Origin: Haloferax volcanii DS2
GTDB lineage: Archaea; Halobacteriota; Halobacteria; Halobacteriales; Haloferacaceae
Length of the DNA stretch: 32,000 nt
Assembly (NCBI RefSeq): GCF_000025685.1
Contig: NC_013966.1
Coordinates: 120,001 to 152,000, forward strand
Direction: 5' to 3'
Shown: piece after piece, positions 1-7,993 of the stretch
Numbering within the stretch: the stretch's first letter is position 1
Layout of the letters: every line of letters starts with the position of its first letter
The notes under the pieces: model-generated
The model's input: the letters and a program-made list of their open reading frames with translations, nothing else
Told to the model about the DNA's origin: nothing
The model's database searches: none
Program-made: the position numbers and the translations under genes

Positions 1-400
1 GCCAAAGCGGCATCAATAGCACCGAGAGCAGCACCGTCGAAACAGCGCCGACGACAACTGCGAGGACAACGGCTCCACGGAGCGTCCTTGGGTACTCGGT
101 GAGTGGTTCCCATTGGACGGCGGCGACGTACATCACTGCGAGTGCGACGCCGTGGAACTGGTGAATCACCCATCCAGCGAGCAGGTCTGGCCCGGGGAGG
201 CCGTACATCATCGGCAGGGCGAGCGCGATTAAGGGTTTGGGGTTCCCGTACTGCATCATCAGGCCAAGCGGGACGCTCCCGAGGAACCCGCCGACAGCCG
301 CGGCAATCCATGCGAGGGCGGGAACTGCTCTGAGTCGAGTGGCGAGTACCTGTGCGTAGCCACGGCCGAGATCAGCCGTAGCCTTCGTCGTACTGGTCAT
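1..400 (-). CDS. Hypothetical multi-pass membrane protein (5' end in window, 3' end runs off the left edge)
   Basis: ATG at 400-398. Own translation: MTSTTKATADLGRGYAQVLATRLRAVPALAWIAAAVGGFLGSVPLGLMMQYGNPKPLIALALPMMYGLPGPDLLAGWVIHQFHGVALAVMYVAA..., strongly hydrophobic. It is absent from the ORF track, probably because no stop lies in the window. The antisense ORF 103..333 is an Arg-rich artefact. Confidence 0.5.
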   Translation of the reverse strand, partial: MTSTTKATADLGRGYAQVLATRLRAVPALAWIAAAVGGFLGSVPLGLMMQYGNPKPLIALALPMMYGLPGPDLLAGWVIHQFHGVALAVMYVAAVQWEPLTEYPRTLRGAVVLAVVVGAVSTVLLSVLLMPLW

Positions 401-604
401 CAATCATAGTCCGAGTGGAGATTCCCTATCAGCGCTGCCTCACTCCGAGAGGCTCGTTTATTATCTTCCAGAGAGTCCAAGCTATGGAATCACTGACCCT
501 GGAACTCGCAGTCAAAGGCAGAAACCGCCAACGGGCAATCGGTGGGTTCGTGCGAGATACACGCTCGACATGCAGCACATCCTCAACAAACGATCAGCGG
601 CTGA

Positions 605-620
605 GGGTTTCAACAGAGCC
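605..620. repeat. Solo copy of the MITE terminal repeat (gggtttcaacagagcc)
   Basis: Matches the right terminus ggatttcaacagagcc of the 125-bp MITEs at 9223-9347 and 9837-9961. The preceding ~25 nt (cagcggctgagg) also resemble the MITE interior (caacgctgaagg). No convincing left end was found. Confidence 0.3.
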
Positions 621-701
621 CACTAGACTTAGATCGTCGATTTTACCCGCCGACAAAACTGGTGGTGAACTGTGAGTCCAGTATAGAGTTGGAGTCGTTC
701 A

Positions 702-1349
702 TCAACCGAATGCGTACATTCCCCCTAAGCGGCTCCCAATATACAGACGCCGGTTAACGACAGCTGGCGACCCTGTGATCTCAGTACCGGTGTCGAATGA
801 CCACATCAGCTTGCCTGTCCGTGCATGGAGTTCGTATACGTACCCGTCGTAGCCGCCGAAATACACACGATTTTGGACAACAGCAGGCGACGAGACAATT
901 CCTTGAATCGGGTGGTCACCAACGCTGAAGGCCCATTGTTCTTCACCAGTCGCTCGATCAAGTGCAAGTAGTTGGTTGTTGGTAGACCCGAGATAGATGA
1001 GCCGATCAGAGATCGCTGGTGAGTTGGTAATTGTCCCGACATAGACACGCCAACGTTCTGTTCCATCTGCTGCGTCGTAGGTCGCGAGATACGGCCAGCC
1101 ACCAACATACACAATCCCATCGACGAGGACAATGTGTCGTGGAGAGTATGGAACAGGATGAGACCACTCGACCACGCCAGTTGCTGCGTTGAGCCGAGAG
1201 ATCCGTGAATTAGATCCCCCGAAGAAAATACCCCCATCACTCATCGCAAGTGATGTGATTCCAAAGCCGGTGTCGAGACTCCAGATAGCAGCCCCATCGG
1301 CTGCTGAAACCGCGTGAATAACTCCATCCGCGTCACTGAAATACACCAC
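702..1349 (-). CDS. PQQ-like beta-propeller repeat protein, N-terminally truncated fragment
   Basis: Repeated motifs of the type G.vyvGs.dg.lyAldaatGe..W are typical of PQQ/WD-like propeller blades. The same frame stays open and repeat-like (EHIFYAFDSTTGSERWRYDAGAILNHDSVVADG) up to a stop at 1449-1451, with no ATG and no signal peptide. Confidence 0.7.
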   Translation of the reverse strand: MVYFSDADGVIHAVSAADGAAIWSLDTGFGITSLAMSDGGIFFGGSNSRISRLNAATGVVEWSHPVPYSPRHIVLVDGIVYVGGWPYLATYDAADGTERWRVYVGTITNSPAISDRLIYLGSTNNQLLALDRATGEEQWAFSVGDHPIQGIVSSPAVVQNRVYFGGYDGYVYELHARTGKLMWSFDTGTEITGSPAVVNRRLYIGSRLGGMYAFG

Positions 1350-1462
1350 CCCATCAGCAACAACTGAATCATGATTAAGTATCGCACCAGCATCGTAGCG
1401 CCAGCGTTCACTGCCAGTGGTGCTATCGAATGCATAGAAGATATGCTCCTAATCGCCAATAT

Positions 1463-2860
1463 CAGTACTTCACAAAGCCGTTTAGTTAGAAGGTCTGCTT
1501 GCAGAAGGTGTGTCTAAAACCCAGCAAGCAGACGATGAAATCCACGAGGACCAGCTCCTTAACTTCCTCGTCAACTCTCTTGACGAGGAAGTTGCTCTCT
1601 CACTCGCTGAAAACGCTGAACTCGATGCTGAAGACATCTACGAGGTCCTCGTCGGCGCCTGCGCCGACGGGACCTCGGTCTCAACGCTCTGTGAGAGAAG
1701 CGAAGATGCACCCCACGAAAACTCCGTTCTCTACCATCTCCGCACTAAATTCGATCTAGAAACGCTCGAACAGGTTGGCAACATGCTCCTCCAGAAAGAC
1801 GTTCTCGACGTCCTTCCCCAGCAGGTGGAGGTCTGCGCAGACCTCCACCTGCGGCCCTACTATGGTGACGAAGACGACACGGACGGCCTGTATCACTCAC
1901 AAGCGAAGCGTGGAACCACCGCGTTCCACGCCTACGCGACGCTGTACGCACGCGTGAAGAACAAACGCTACACGCTGGCGGTGCGCCGTCTCGAAGACGG
2001 CGACACCGCCAGCAGTGTCCTCGCAGAGTTCCTCGGTATTCTCGACGGCCTTGACCTCGGTGTCAAGGCCGTCTATCTTGACCGCGAATTCTACGACAGC
2101 AAGTGTTTGACGCTGCTTCAGGCGCACAACCACGCCTACGTCATGCCGATCGTCCGCTGGGGACAATCAATCAAGCAAGAACTCTCGGAAGGCTGGAGTC
2201 GCGTGATTCAGCACAGTCTGACGGCGAGACTCGACGGTCACAGCTGGACCGTCGAGTTCCCCGTCTACATTGACTGTACCTACCAGAACGGACGGTACGA
2301 CGAACATGGCGTGGCGCGTCACGGCTACGCCGCTGACGCGCCGTTCATCGACTCACCACGAGACGCTCGATACCACTACGCGAAACGCTTCGGTATCGAG
2401 GCGAGCTATCGACTCTCTGAACAAAGTATCGCGACGACCTCGACACAAAATCCGGTTGTACGGCTGCTGTACGTCGTGGTGAGCTTGCTGTTACAGAACG
2501 TGTGGCGGTATCTGCACTGGGAGTACGTGGCGACGCCCCGCCGAGGCGGGCGTCGCCTCTGGCAGTGGCCATTCAAGGAGTTCATCAACATGATCCGACG
2601 GGCAGCGTGGACGGCCCTCGCGACGCGTCGGGCCGTCCCCGCGAACCGGCCACCGGACGACCGGTTCCACCGGTAACTCCCGACCGGGCTAGCCAACGGT
2701 GGGAGTGGCGACGCTGTCGCGTCGGCGGCAGCCGCCGCCGACAGCGACGGCTCTCCGCCGATCCGTCCATGATTCTCTCGTCGAAACCGCCAGTCCAACC
2801 GCTCCGCCACAGAACTCAGGCTTCAGAAACAGCTAGCCGAGGATGCTTTGTGAGGTACTG
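1463..2860 (+). mobile_element. ISH-type insertion sequence, copy 1 (ISH3-family / IS4-superfamily, ISH51/ISH27-like; family name from memory)
   Basis: Imperfect terminal inverted repeats: cagtacttcacaaagc (1463-) and gctttgtgaggtactg (-2860). 1398 bp with a single transposase ORF. A near-identical second copy lies at 29250-30650. Confidence 0.85.
1510..2676 (+). CDS. DDE transposase of IS copy 1
   Basis: 388-aa ORF with a GTG start. It is nearly identical to the ORF at 29273..30466 (about 8 aa differences). The layout is typical of a haloarchaeal ISH transposase. Confidence 0.85.
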   Translation: MSKTQQADDEIHEDQLLNFLVNSLDEEVALSLAENAELDAEDIYEVLVGACADGTSVSTLCERSEDAPHENSVLYHLRTKFDLETLEQVGNMLLQKDVLDVLPQQVEVCADLHLRPYYGDEDDTDGLYHSQAKRGTTAFHAYATLYARVKNKRYTLAVRRLEDGDTASSVLAEFLGILDGLDLGVKAVYLDREFYDSKCLTLLQAHNHAYVMPIVRWGQSIKQELSEGWSRVIQHSLTARLDGHSWTVEFPVYIDCTYQNGRYDEHGVARHGYAADAPFIDSPRDARYHYAKRFGIEASYRLSEQSIATTSTQNPVVRLLYVVVSLLLQNVWRYLHWEYVATPRRGGRRLWQWPFKEFINMIRRAAWTALATRRAVPANRPPDDRFHR

Positions 2861-2882
2861 ATTCTAGTACAGCGATTCTTTC

Positions 2883-4166
2883 CTATTGTTCAAACGCCTC
2901 CTCCAACTTCTCATACATCCTCCTTCGCCGTGCCCTCCGTTCTTGTTCCCTCGACAAGTAATTCCGAAGCACAACCTCGGTCGACGAACTCCCCTGATCT
3001 TCAGCCACCCCTTCCAATCCCTCTAGAACCTCCCCAACAGCTTCCTGATACGCCGAGTACCAGAACCGTCGTCCCATCTTGGGCGTGGGCGTATCCCCGT
3101 CAACAACCACCTCAGCACGGTCAGCAAGTTGCTTGAATCGACGTCGAACCGTACTCACAGACACGTGGCCCGTCGACGACGACCGAGAGGGGAACAGATA
3201 CCCATTCCACGTCTCACGGTCAGAGAGAGCATCAATCCGATCAGCGACGACGTCAACCCCATACAGCAGCGTCACCTCTCCAGGGCCGTTCTTCCGCTCT
3301 CCATCATCGAACGACAGATGCGGGTCCTCAGCATCTAAGACCACCTGGTCGACGTGCAACGCGGCAACCTCGGAGGGTCGTAATCCCCAACTAGCAAGCG
3401 CAACCACGAGTAATTCCGCTTCAGGCGAGTCGACCTCACTGTAGATTCGACGGACCTGCGACGCCGATAACGCCTGTGGGTCTGGCTCGTTTGCTTCCCA
3501 GCCGAACTCTTCACCAGCTTCCGAGAGTGGATTGTACTTTGCGTACTTCCGGCGCTTCACGAAGGCATACCATGCCCTAGCGACGTGCAGGTACTCAAGT
3601 TTCGACCGGTCGGTCGATAGTACCTCGTCGAAGACGTCGAGGACAGCGAGACAACGCTCTATCTCTTGCGGTTGCTGGTCTAACTCAGACAGCGGTTCGA
3701 GCAACGCATCAGTCCCATGCAGCTCTCGATACGTTCGAACCCACTTCGCCAACCTCGTCCGATGGGTCTCGACGGTACTCTCTGCTCGTCCACCACGAGT
3801 CTCTATCGACGTGAGGTACGCGTCGAGTGCGTTCACCGTTGCCTCGTGGTCAACTTTCCACTCCCATTCGTCGGAATCCTCGTCTTCGAGGCCGACGACA
3901 TTGACGAAGAACTGTTTGGGCGTCAAATCGTGATGCTCGCGCAGTGCGTACGCGATGCCACTGTATCCGTGTTCGGTGAGCCAGTTGTACGTTGGAACGT
4001 CTCGATCCTCGTCGAACCCGTCACGATATCGCTTCGGTGCGATGTCTTGCCAGTAGACATCGACGAGTTCGTCGAGGTCCATACGCGACCAGTTGTAGCG
4101 ACGGCTACGCGTCTCTGGGTCCGTGGATTCGTCGTCTGGTTGCTGGCTGGTGGACTGCTTTGTCAT
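2883..4166 (-). CDS. Tyrosine recombinase / phage-type integrase
   Basis: 427 aa. The C-terminal catalytic region has WGLRPSE (Arg), GHVSVSTVRRRF (His-x-x-Arg), GRRFWYS and LRNYL (Tyr). It appears full length. The stop lies 22 bp from the IS copy 1 right end. Confidence 0.85.
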   Translation of the reverse strand: MTKQSTSQQPDDESTDPETRSRRYNWSRMDLDELVDVYWQDIAPKRYRDGFDEDRDVPTYNWLTEHGYSGIAYALREHHDLTPKQFFVNVVGLEDEDSDEWEWKVDHEATVNALDAYLTSIETRGGRAESTVETHRTRLAKWVRTYRELHGTDALLEPLSELDQQPQEIERCLAVLDVFDEVLSTDRSKLEYLHVARAWYAFVKRRKYAKYNPLSEAGEEFGWEANEPDPQALSASQVRRIYSEVDSPEAELLVVALASWGLRPSEVAALHVDQVVLDAEDPHLSFDDGERKNGPGEVTLLYGVDVVADRIDALSDRETWNGYLFPSRSSSTGHVSVSTVRRRFKQLADRAEVVVDGDTPTPKMGRRFWYSAYQEAVGEVLEGLEGVAEDQGSSSTEVVLRNYLSREQERRARRRRMYEKLEEAFEQ

Positions 4167-4231
4167 GCCGAGTTGCTGTCCGACCGACCGTTTGTCGTAT
4201 TTCGGGACGGTTTCGAGCCAGTGAATTTCAT
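4163..4231 (-). CDS. 22-codon leader ORF overlapping the integrase start (ATGA overlap)
   Basis: Own translation: MKFTGSKPSRNTTNGRSDSNSA*. The stop TGA shares 3 nt with the integrase ATG. A second 22-codon ORF sits in the same position relative to the integrase remnant at 8769-8837. Confidence 0.3.
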   Translation of the reverse strand: MKFTGSKPSRNTTNGRSDSNSA

Positions 4232-4284
4232 TGGTCTCTGCTGCTTTTCACAGCAAAATAATACTTTGGCTTGTGCGGGAGTGG
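4227..4284 (-). promoter_or_regulatory. Conserved integrase-upstream block (putative promoter and leader start)
   Basis: ttcattggtct (4227-4237) and taatactttggcttgtgcgggagtgg (4259-4284) recur as ttcattggtct (8833-8843) and taatactttggcttgtgcaggagtgg (8864-8889) with the same spacing (21 vs 20 nt). The A/T-rich AAAGTATTATTTT lies about 30 nt upstream of the leader ATG on the minus strand. Confidence 0.4.
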
Positions 4285-4757
4285 TCTTTCTAATATGCAG
4301 CGTCCGCAGACCAAGGTGGAACACTCGAAATCACCTCTCTCATTCTCAAGTGACGATCACACAGACCCACCAAATTCACGCGGTACTCCCGTTGAAAGTG
4401 TGCTGAACACTCGAAGTGACCCTTCGCTGTGAGGTGGTCGTTTGAGATAGTTGAAAAAACGGACTAGTTGAAACTCCCATCTCTTGACAGGAGTGGCGTG
4501 ACACATGCAGAGGGTGAGTTCAGCAGGTCAGATTGACAGGCCCGATAGTACAGCATGTAAGAAAACGTGATAAGCGAAGCACAGGTTATATATCACACGT
4601 ACCCTTCGTCAGGTGTATGGAGTCCACTTCCTACGTCAACTGCTGGCGTTGGCACGCGTCACGGGAAGTGGACAGTATCTCGGTATAGGGTCGGAAGGGC
4701 TTCACCCAACGATACCACCGCGATGCTCACTCGCTTCTTCGCTGTATCGTACTCCAA

Positions 4758-5963
4758 GTGACTACCTCGTCAACAACCCCAATGCCAGCAGAAGACAACT
4801 TCACCGTAACACCCTACGCCGTCAAAGGCGACATCAACTACGACCGGCTCCTCGACCGATTCGGAGCCGACCGACTCACTTCCGAACAGAAAACGCGGTT
4901 CCCCGACCCCAGCCACCCACTCGTCCGTCGAGACGTATTCTATGCCCAACGAGACGTAGACCCGTTCCTCGACGCCGCAAACGATGACAAACCCCATTCA
5001 ATCGTGACCGGACGTGGCCCCTCCGGGCCGATGCACATCGGCCACATCTTCCCCTTCTACTTTGCAAAGTATCTCCAAGAACAGACTGGCACACTCGTCT
5101 ACATACCATTCTCCGACGACGAGAAGTACTTCCTAAAGAACAAATCAATGGACGAAATCAGCGACTACACTCGCCAGAATCTCCGAGACCTCCTTGCCGT
5201 CGGCTTCGACCCTGACCGCACTCGCATCATCGTAGATACAGCAGATGCCGACGTGGTGTACCCACTTGCCACTGCCTTTGCAAAGGAAGTGACCCAATCA
5301 ACAGTAGATGCGACGTACGGAGAACCCGAGAATATCGGCCTGTCATTCTATCCTGCTGTCCAAGCAACCCATCTGCTCCTTCCACAACTTGTTGAAGGGC
5401 GTCACCCAACACTTGTTCCAATTGCAGTAGACCAAGACCCACACGTACGCGTCTGTCGTGACATTGCCGCGAAAAAACGGTACGACGTACGAAAGCCCGG
5501 GGCATTGCTTTCGAAATTCCTCCCGAGTCTCGAAGGGCCGGGAAAGATGAGTTCGTCTGACGACGCCCCGAGTATCCTCCTTTCGGACGACCGGGAAACG
5601 GTCACCGATAAAATCCGTACGTACGCGTTCTCAGGTGGACGGACGAGCATCGAAGAACATCGATCCAAAGGCGGGAATCCGGAGATTGATGTCCCCTTCC
5701 AATTGTTGTACTACTTCTTTGAGGAGAGCGACGAGAGGGTAGAACAACTCGCAGAGGAGTACCGTGAGGGATCTCTATTGAGTGGTGAACTCAAGGAATT
5801 CGCGGCAGAGCGTATCGCGGGTTTCCTTGAAGCTCATCAGGCGCGTCGGTCGGCACTCGGTTCGCTGGAGGAAGAATTGTCTGCATATCGACTGACTGAA
5901 ACCGAGCGGCAGGCTGCACGGAGACAGGCAGGGTATCCTGATAATGCACTGTCGCAACAGTAG
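4758..5963 (+). CDS. trpS: Tryptophanyl-tRNA synthetase (archaeal/eukaryotic type), extra copy in accessory DNA
   Basis: Class I signatures GPMHIGH (HIGH) and GKMSSS (KMSKS). The N-terminal VTPYAVKGDINYDRLLDRFGA and the stretch RRDVFYAQRDVD...TGRGPSGPMHIGH..PF...YLQ....LVYIPFSDDEKY align by eye with eukaryotic/archaeal TrpRS. GTG start at 4758; an alternative ATG lies at 4782. Confidence 0.85.
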   Translation: MTTSSTTPMPAEDNFTVTPYAVKGDINYDRLLDRFGADRLTSEQKTRFPDPSHPLVRRDVFYAQRDVDPFLDAANDDKPHSIVTGRGPSGPMHIGHIFPFYFAKYLQEQTGTLVYIPFSDDEKYFLKNKSMDEISDYTRQNLRDLLAVGFDPDRTRIIVDTADADVVYPLATAFAKEVTQSTVDATYGEPENIGLSFYPAVQATHLLLPQLVEGRHPTLVPIAVDQDPHVRVCRDIAAKKRYDVRKPGALLSKFLPSLEGPGKMSSSDDAPSILLSDDRETVTDKIRTYAFSGGRTSIEEHRSKGGNPEIDVPFQLLYYFFEESDERVEQLAEEYREGSLLSGELKEFAAERIAGFLEAHQARRSALGSLEEELSAYRLTETERQAARRQAGYPDNALSQQ

Positions 5964-6250
5964 GCGTCTCAATCGCCGCTTTGTCCCTGATTCGGCGTTA
6001 ATTAGACAGGGCTGTTCTTCCGCATAATCAGCCGAACAAATTGACCGACTTGCGCTCTGTATTCACCTATGGAAATTCTGCTGGCTCAACTAACCACCGC
6101 TAGCGATAAAGTTGTTCGCACGATTCCGTGTCTCTCGTTCTTCAACGGTGAAAAACCACTGGGCAACGTGGTGATTGAGACCTCCACAACCGATAGGCGG
6201 TCGGTACGAGTTCCGCGATAGCTGTCGCTCACGCTGGTTCCATCCGGCCA

Positions 6251-6279
6251 CTGAGGAACGCCGGACTGGCGTTCCTCAG
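6251..6279. repeat. Perfect hairpin (12-bp stem, 5-nt loop) just downstream of the IS110 transposase stop
   Basis: ctgaggaacgcc ggact ggcgttcctcag. Confidence 0.6.
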
Positions 6280-6289
6280 ATTCCCTTCC

Positions 6290-7288
6290 TCAGGCGCTCA
6301 CCCCCGGTGGATCGTAGACTTCCTCCCGGACGAGCATGTAGTACATCGAGACGAGCAGTTTTCGCGCCGTCGCAACGATTGCTTTTTTCGGGTTCATCCG
6401 ACGGTTCAACCGGTGGAAGAACCGGCTCAGATACTCGTCTTTACACGTGTACACTGCTGAGTATGCACTCTGAACCAAAATCCACCGCACCCGTCCTGAA
6501 CCACGTTTCGAGATACCACCCTCGATCCGCGAGTCGCCGGACTCGCGGATCGTCGGGTTCAGCCCCATGTAACTCACGACCTCCTTGTGGCTGTCGAACC
6601 GATCAACTTCTCCAAGTTCTGCGTAGATCAGCAACGCGGAGTAGTAACTGACTCCAGGAATCGTCATGAGCAGCTGGGTCTCCTTCAGAGACCCAGCGCG
6701 CTCCTCAATCGCAGCTTCCAGCTGTGTCATCTGCTCGGTCAGGGTCTCAACCACGTCAAGGTACGACTCCAACAACGCGTCCCACGGGGACGGGAGCGAG
6801 AGTTCCCGGAGGAACTCTCGTCCCTTCACGCTCAGTGGCTTCACCTCGCGGGTGATACCGTTGTCAGCGAGCAAGCCATGGATCTTGTTGGCGAACTTGG
6901 TGCGATCTTCGACCAATGTCTGTCGCCCGCGCACGAGTGCGCGGGCTTGCCTGATCTCGTCGGTGGGAACGTAACTCTGCGGAACGGAGTTGAGTCGAAG
7001 CAACCGCGCGAGTTCTTTGGCGTCGACGCGGTCGGTTTTCTTGTCGGAGTGAGCGATGAGCGTCAGTTTACCTGGATGAGCGACGGTTACGTCCAAGTAC
7101 TCCGCGAGCGTATCGTAGACGTGGTAGTAATTGCTGGTCGCCTCGATGACCGCACGAGAGCCAGCGTAGCGTCGAGCGAGATCGTCGAGGTTCGCGTTTT
7201 TGACGCGAACCTCTTCGACAATCTGGCCTTCGCTGTCGATTACTGCTACCTGTGCGTACCGTTTGTGTAAGTCGATTCCGAGGTACAT
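6290..7288 (-). CDS. IS110-family (DEDD) transposase
   Basis: 332 aa. The N-terminus MYLGIDLHKRYAQVAVID and the C-terminal LMTIPGVSYYSALLIYAELGEVDRF (helix-hairpin-helix-like) are classic IS110/IS116/IS902 features. Confidence 0.9.
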   Translation of the reverse strand: MYLGIDLHKRYAQVAVIDSEGQIVEEVRVKNANLDDLARRYAGSRAVIEATSNYYHVYDTLAEYLDVTVAHPGKLTLIAHSDKKTDRVDAKELARLLRLNSVPQSYVPTDEIRQARALVRGRQTLVEDRTKFANKIHGLLADNGITREVKPLSVKGREFLRELSLPSPWDALLESYLDVVETLTEQMTQLEAAIEERAGSLKETQLLMTIPGVSYYSALLIYAELGEVDRFDSHKEVVSYMGLNPTIRESGDSRIEGGISKRGSGRVRWILVQSAYSAVYTCKDEYLSRFFHRLNRRMNPKKAIVATARKLLVSMYYMLVREEVYDPPGVSA

Positions 7289-7349
7289 TGCTTGTTCCTC
7301 CGGGATAGGACGGCGGTGCGTGAATCAGAACTTCACCTATGCGGGCTTT

Positions 7350-7378
7350 CCCGGATGCCGCCAGGAGCGGCATCCGGG
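7350..7378. repeat. Perfect hairpin (12-bp stem, 5-nt loop) in the IS110 transposase upstream region
   Basis: cccggatgccgc cagga gcggcatccggg. Confidence 0.6.
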
Positions 7379-7678
7379 CTGTGACGCCCATAACTCGGCT
7401 TCTTTCGCACTCGGACCAGTCAGCACCACGTGCTCTGGGGCACGGAATACAGCTCGGTCTCTTGCGTCCCATGCTTGATTCACGCTCCGCAGGGATAGCA
7501 GAATTTCCATCAAGTCAGCACGGCCGCAGCAACCTCACTGAGTACTGTCAGAAGCGACGTGCAACAGACAGAGAACTTCTCTTTATCATTATATTGGGAT
7601 TGCCACCAGAGCAGTTTGTCATGACACGGATGGCTGGTCACAACAAATATATTCGTAGAGCGATTATCTCCGGTTACC

Positions 7679-7990
7679 ATGGCAACAAACAACGACAAAA
7701 TCCAGTTTAGGGGGGCTGACGAGAAGCGTGCAAGTCAACGCCTCAGTGAGATGCGTCTGGGAGGGATTAACATCAGTGAACTCGCTCGAGAGGGCCTCAA
7801 GGAGAAGCTTCGGGAAGTACTCTCGAATGAAGAGCGAGTCGAGTTACACCAACAGTACCTCGACGGAGAACTGGACGAAGGCGTTGCAGAGATCCTCATC
7901 GGCGATCTGCTCGAGGATATCGAACGAGAACGCGAGGCAGTCGGGAAGGCGGAGACGCTCAGTACCGATGGCGTCTTCCAGAACAAGTAA
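7679..7990 (+). CDS. Putative antitoxin (RHH-like N-terminus with a UPF0175-like C-terminal part)
   Basis: 103 aa. GINISELAREGLKEKL resembles a ribbon-helix-helix helix, and YLDGELDEGVAEILIG resembles the UPF0175 motif. The ORF ends 3 nt before the PIN-like ORF. Confidence 0.55.
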   Translation: MATNNDKIQFRGADEKRASQRLSEMRLGGINISELAREGLKEKLREVLSNEERVELHQQYLDGELDEGVAEILIGDLLEDIEREREAVGKAETLSTDGVFQNK

Positions 7991-7993
7991 CGA

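Larger units (their letters stand above)
6069..7510 (-). mobile_element. IS110-family insertion sequence (boundaries tentative)
   Basis: Perfect 14-bp inverted repeat: atggaaattctgct (6069-6082) and agcagaatttccat (7497-7510). It encloses the IS110-type transposase and two 12-bp-stem hairpins. Total 1442 bp. Confidence 0.6.

Noticed and set aside
103-675. Plus-strand ORFs 103..333 and 415..675
   Set aside because: The first is the Arg-rich antisense of the membrane-protein gene ending at 400. The second spans non-coding DNA that contains a MITE-terminus remnant.
4319-4421. 17-nt direct repeats upstream of trpS as a T-box-like or attenuator element
   Set aside because: T-box riboswitches are bacterial, no specifier or antiterminator structure is discernible, and two imperfect repeats alone are insufficient. 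They are mentioned under the trpS finding only.
2861-4757. tRNA gene or tRNA-derived att site next to the integrase
   Set aside because: I scanned both flanks (2861-2882 and 4167-4757) and the rest of the window for T-arm-like GGTTCGAATCC/GGTTCAAATCC and cloverleaf-sized GC blocks and found none. ggttcgatac at 19229-19238 has no matching stem.
6062-7341. 10-nt direct repeat ttcacctatg as the IS110 element boundaries
   Set aside because: Kept only as an alternative. The 14-bp perfect inverted repeat (6069-6082 / 7497-7510) encloses both hairpins and the whole upstream region and seems the better boundary. Other copies are needed to decide.
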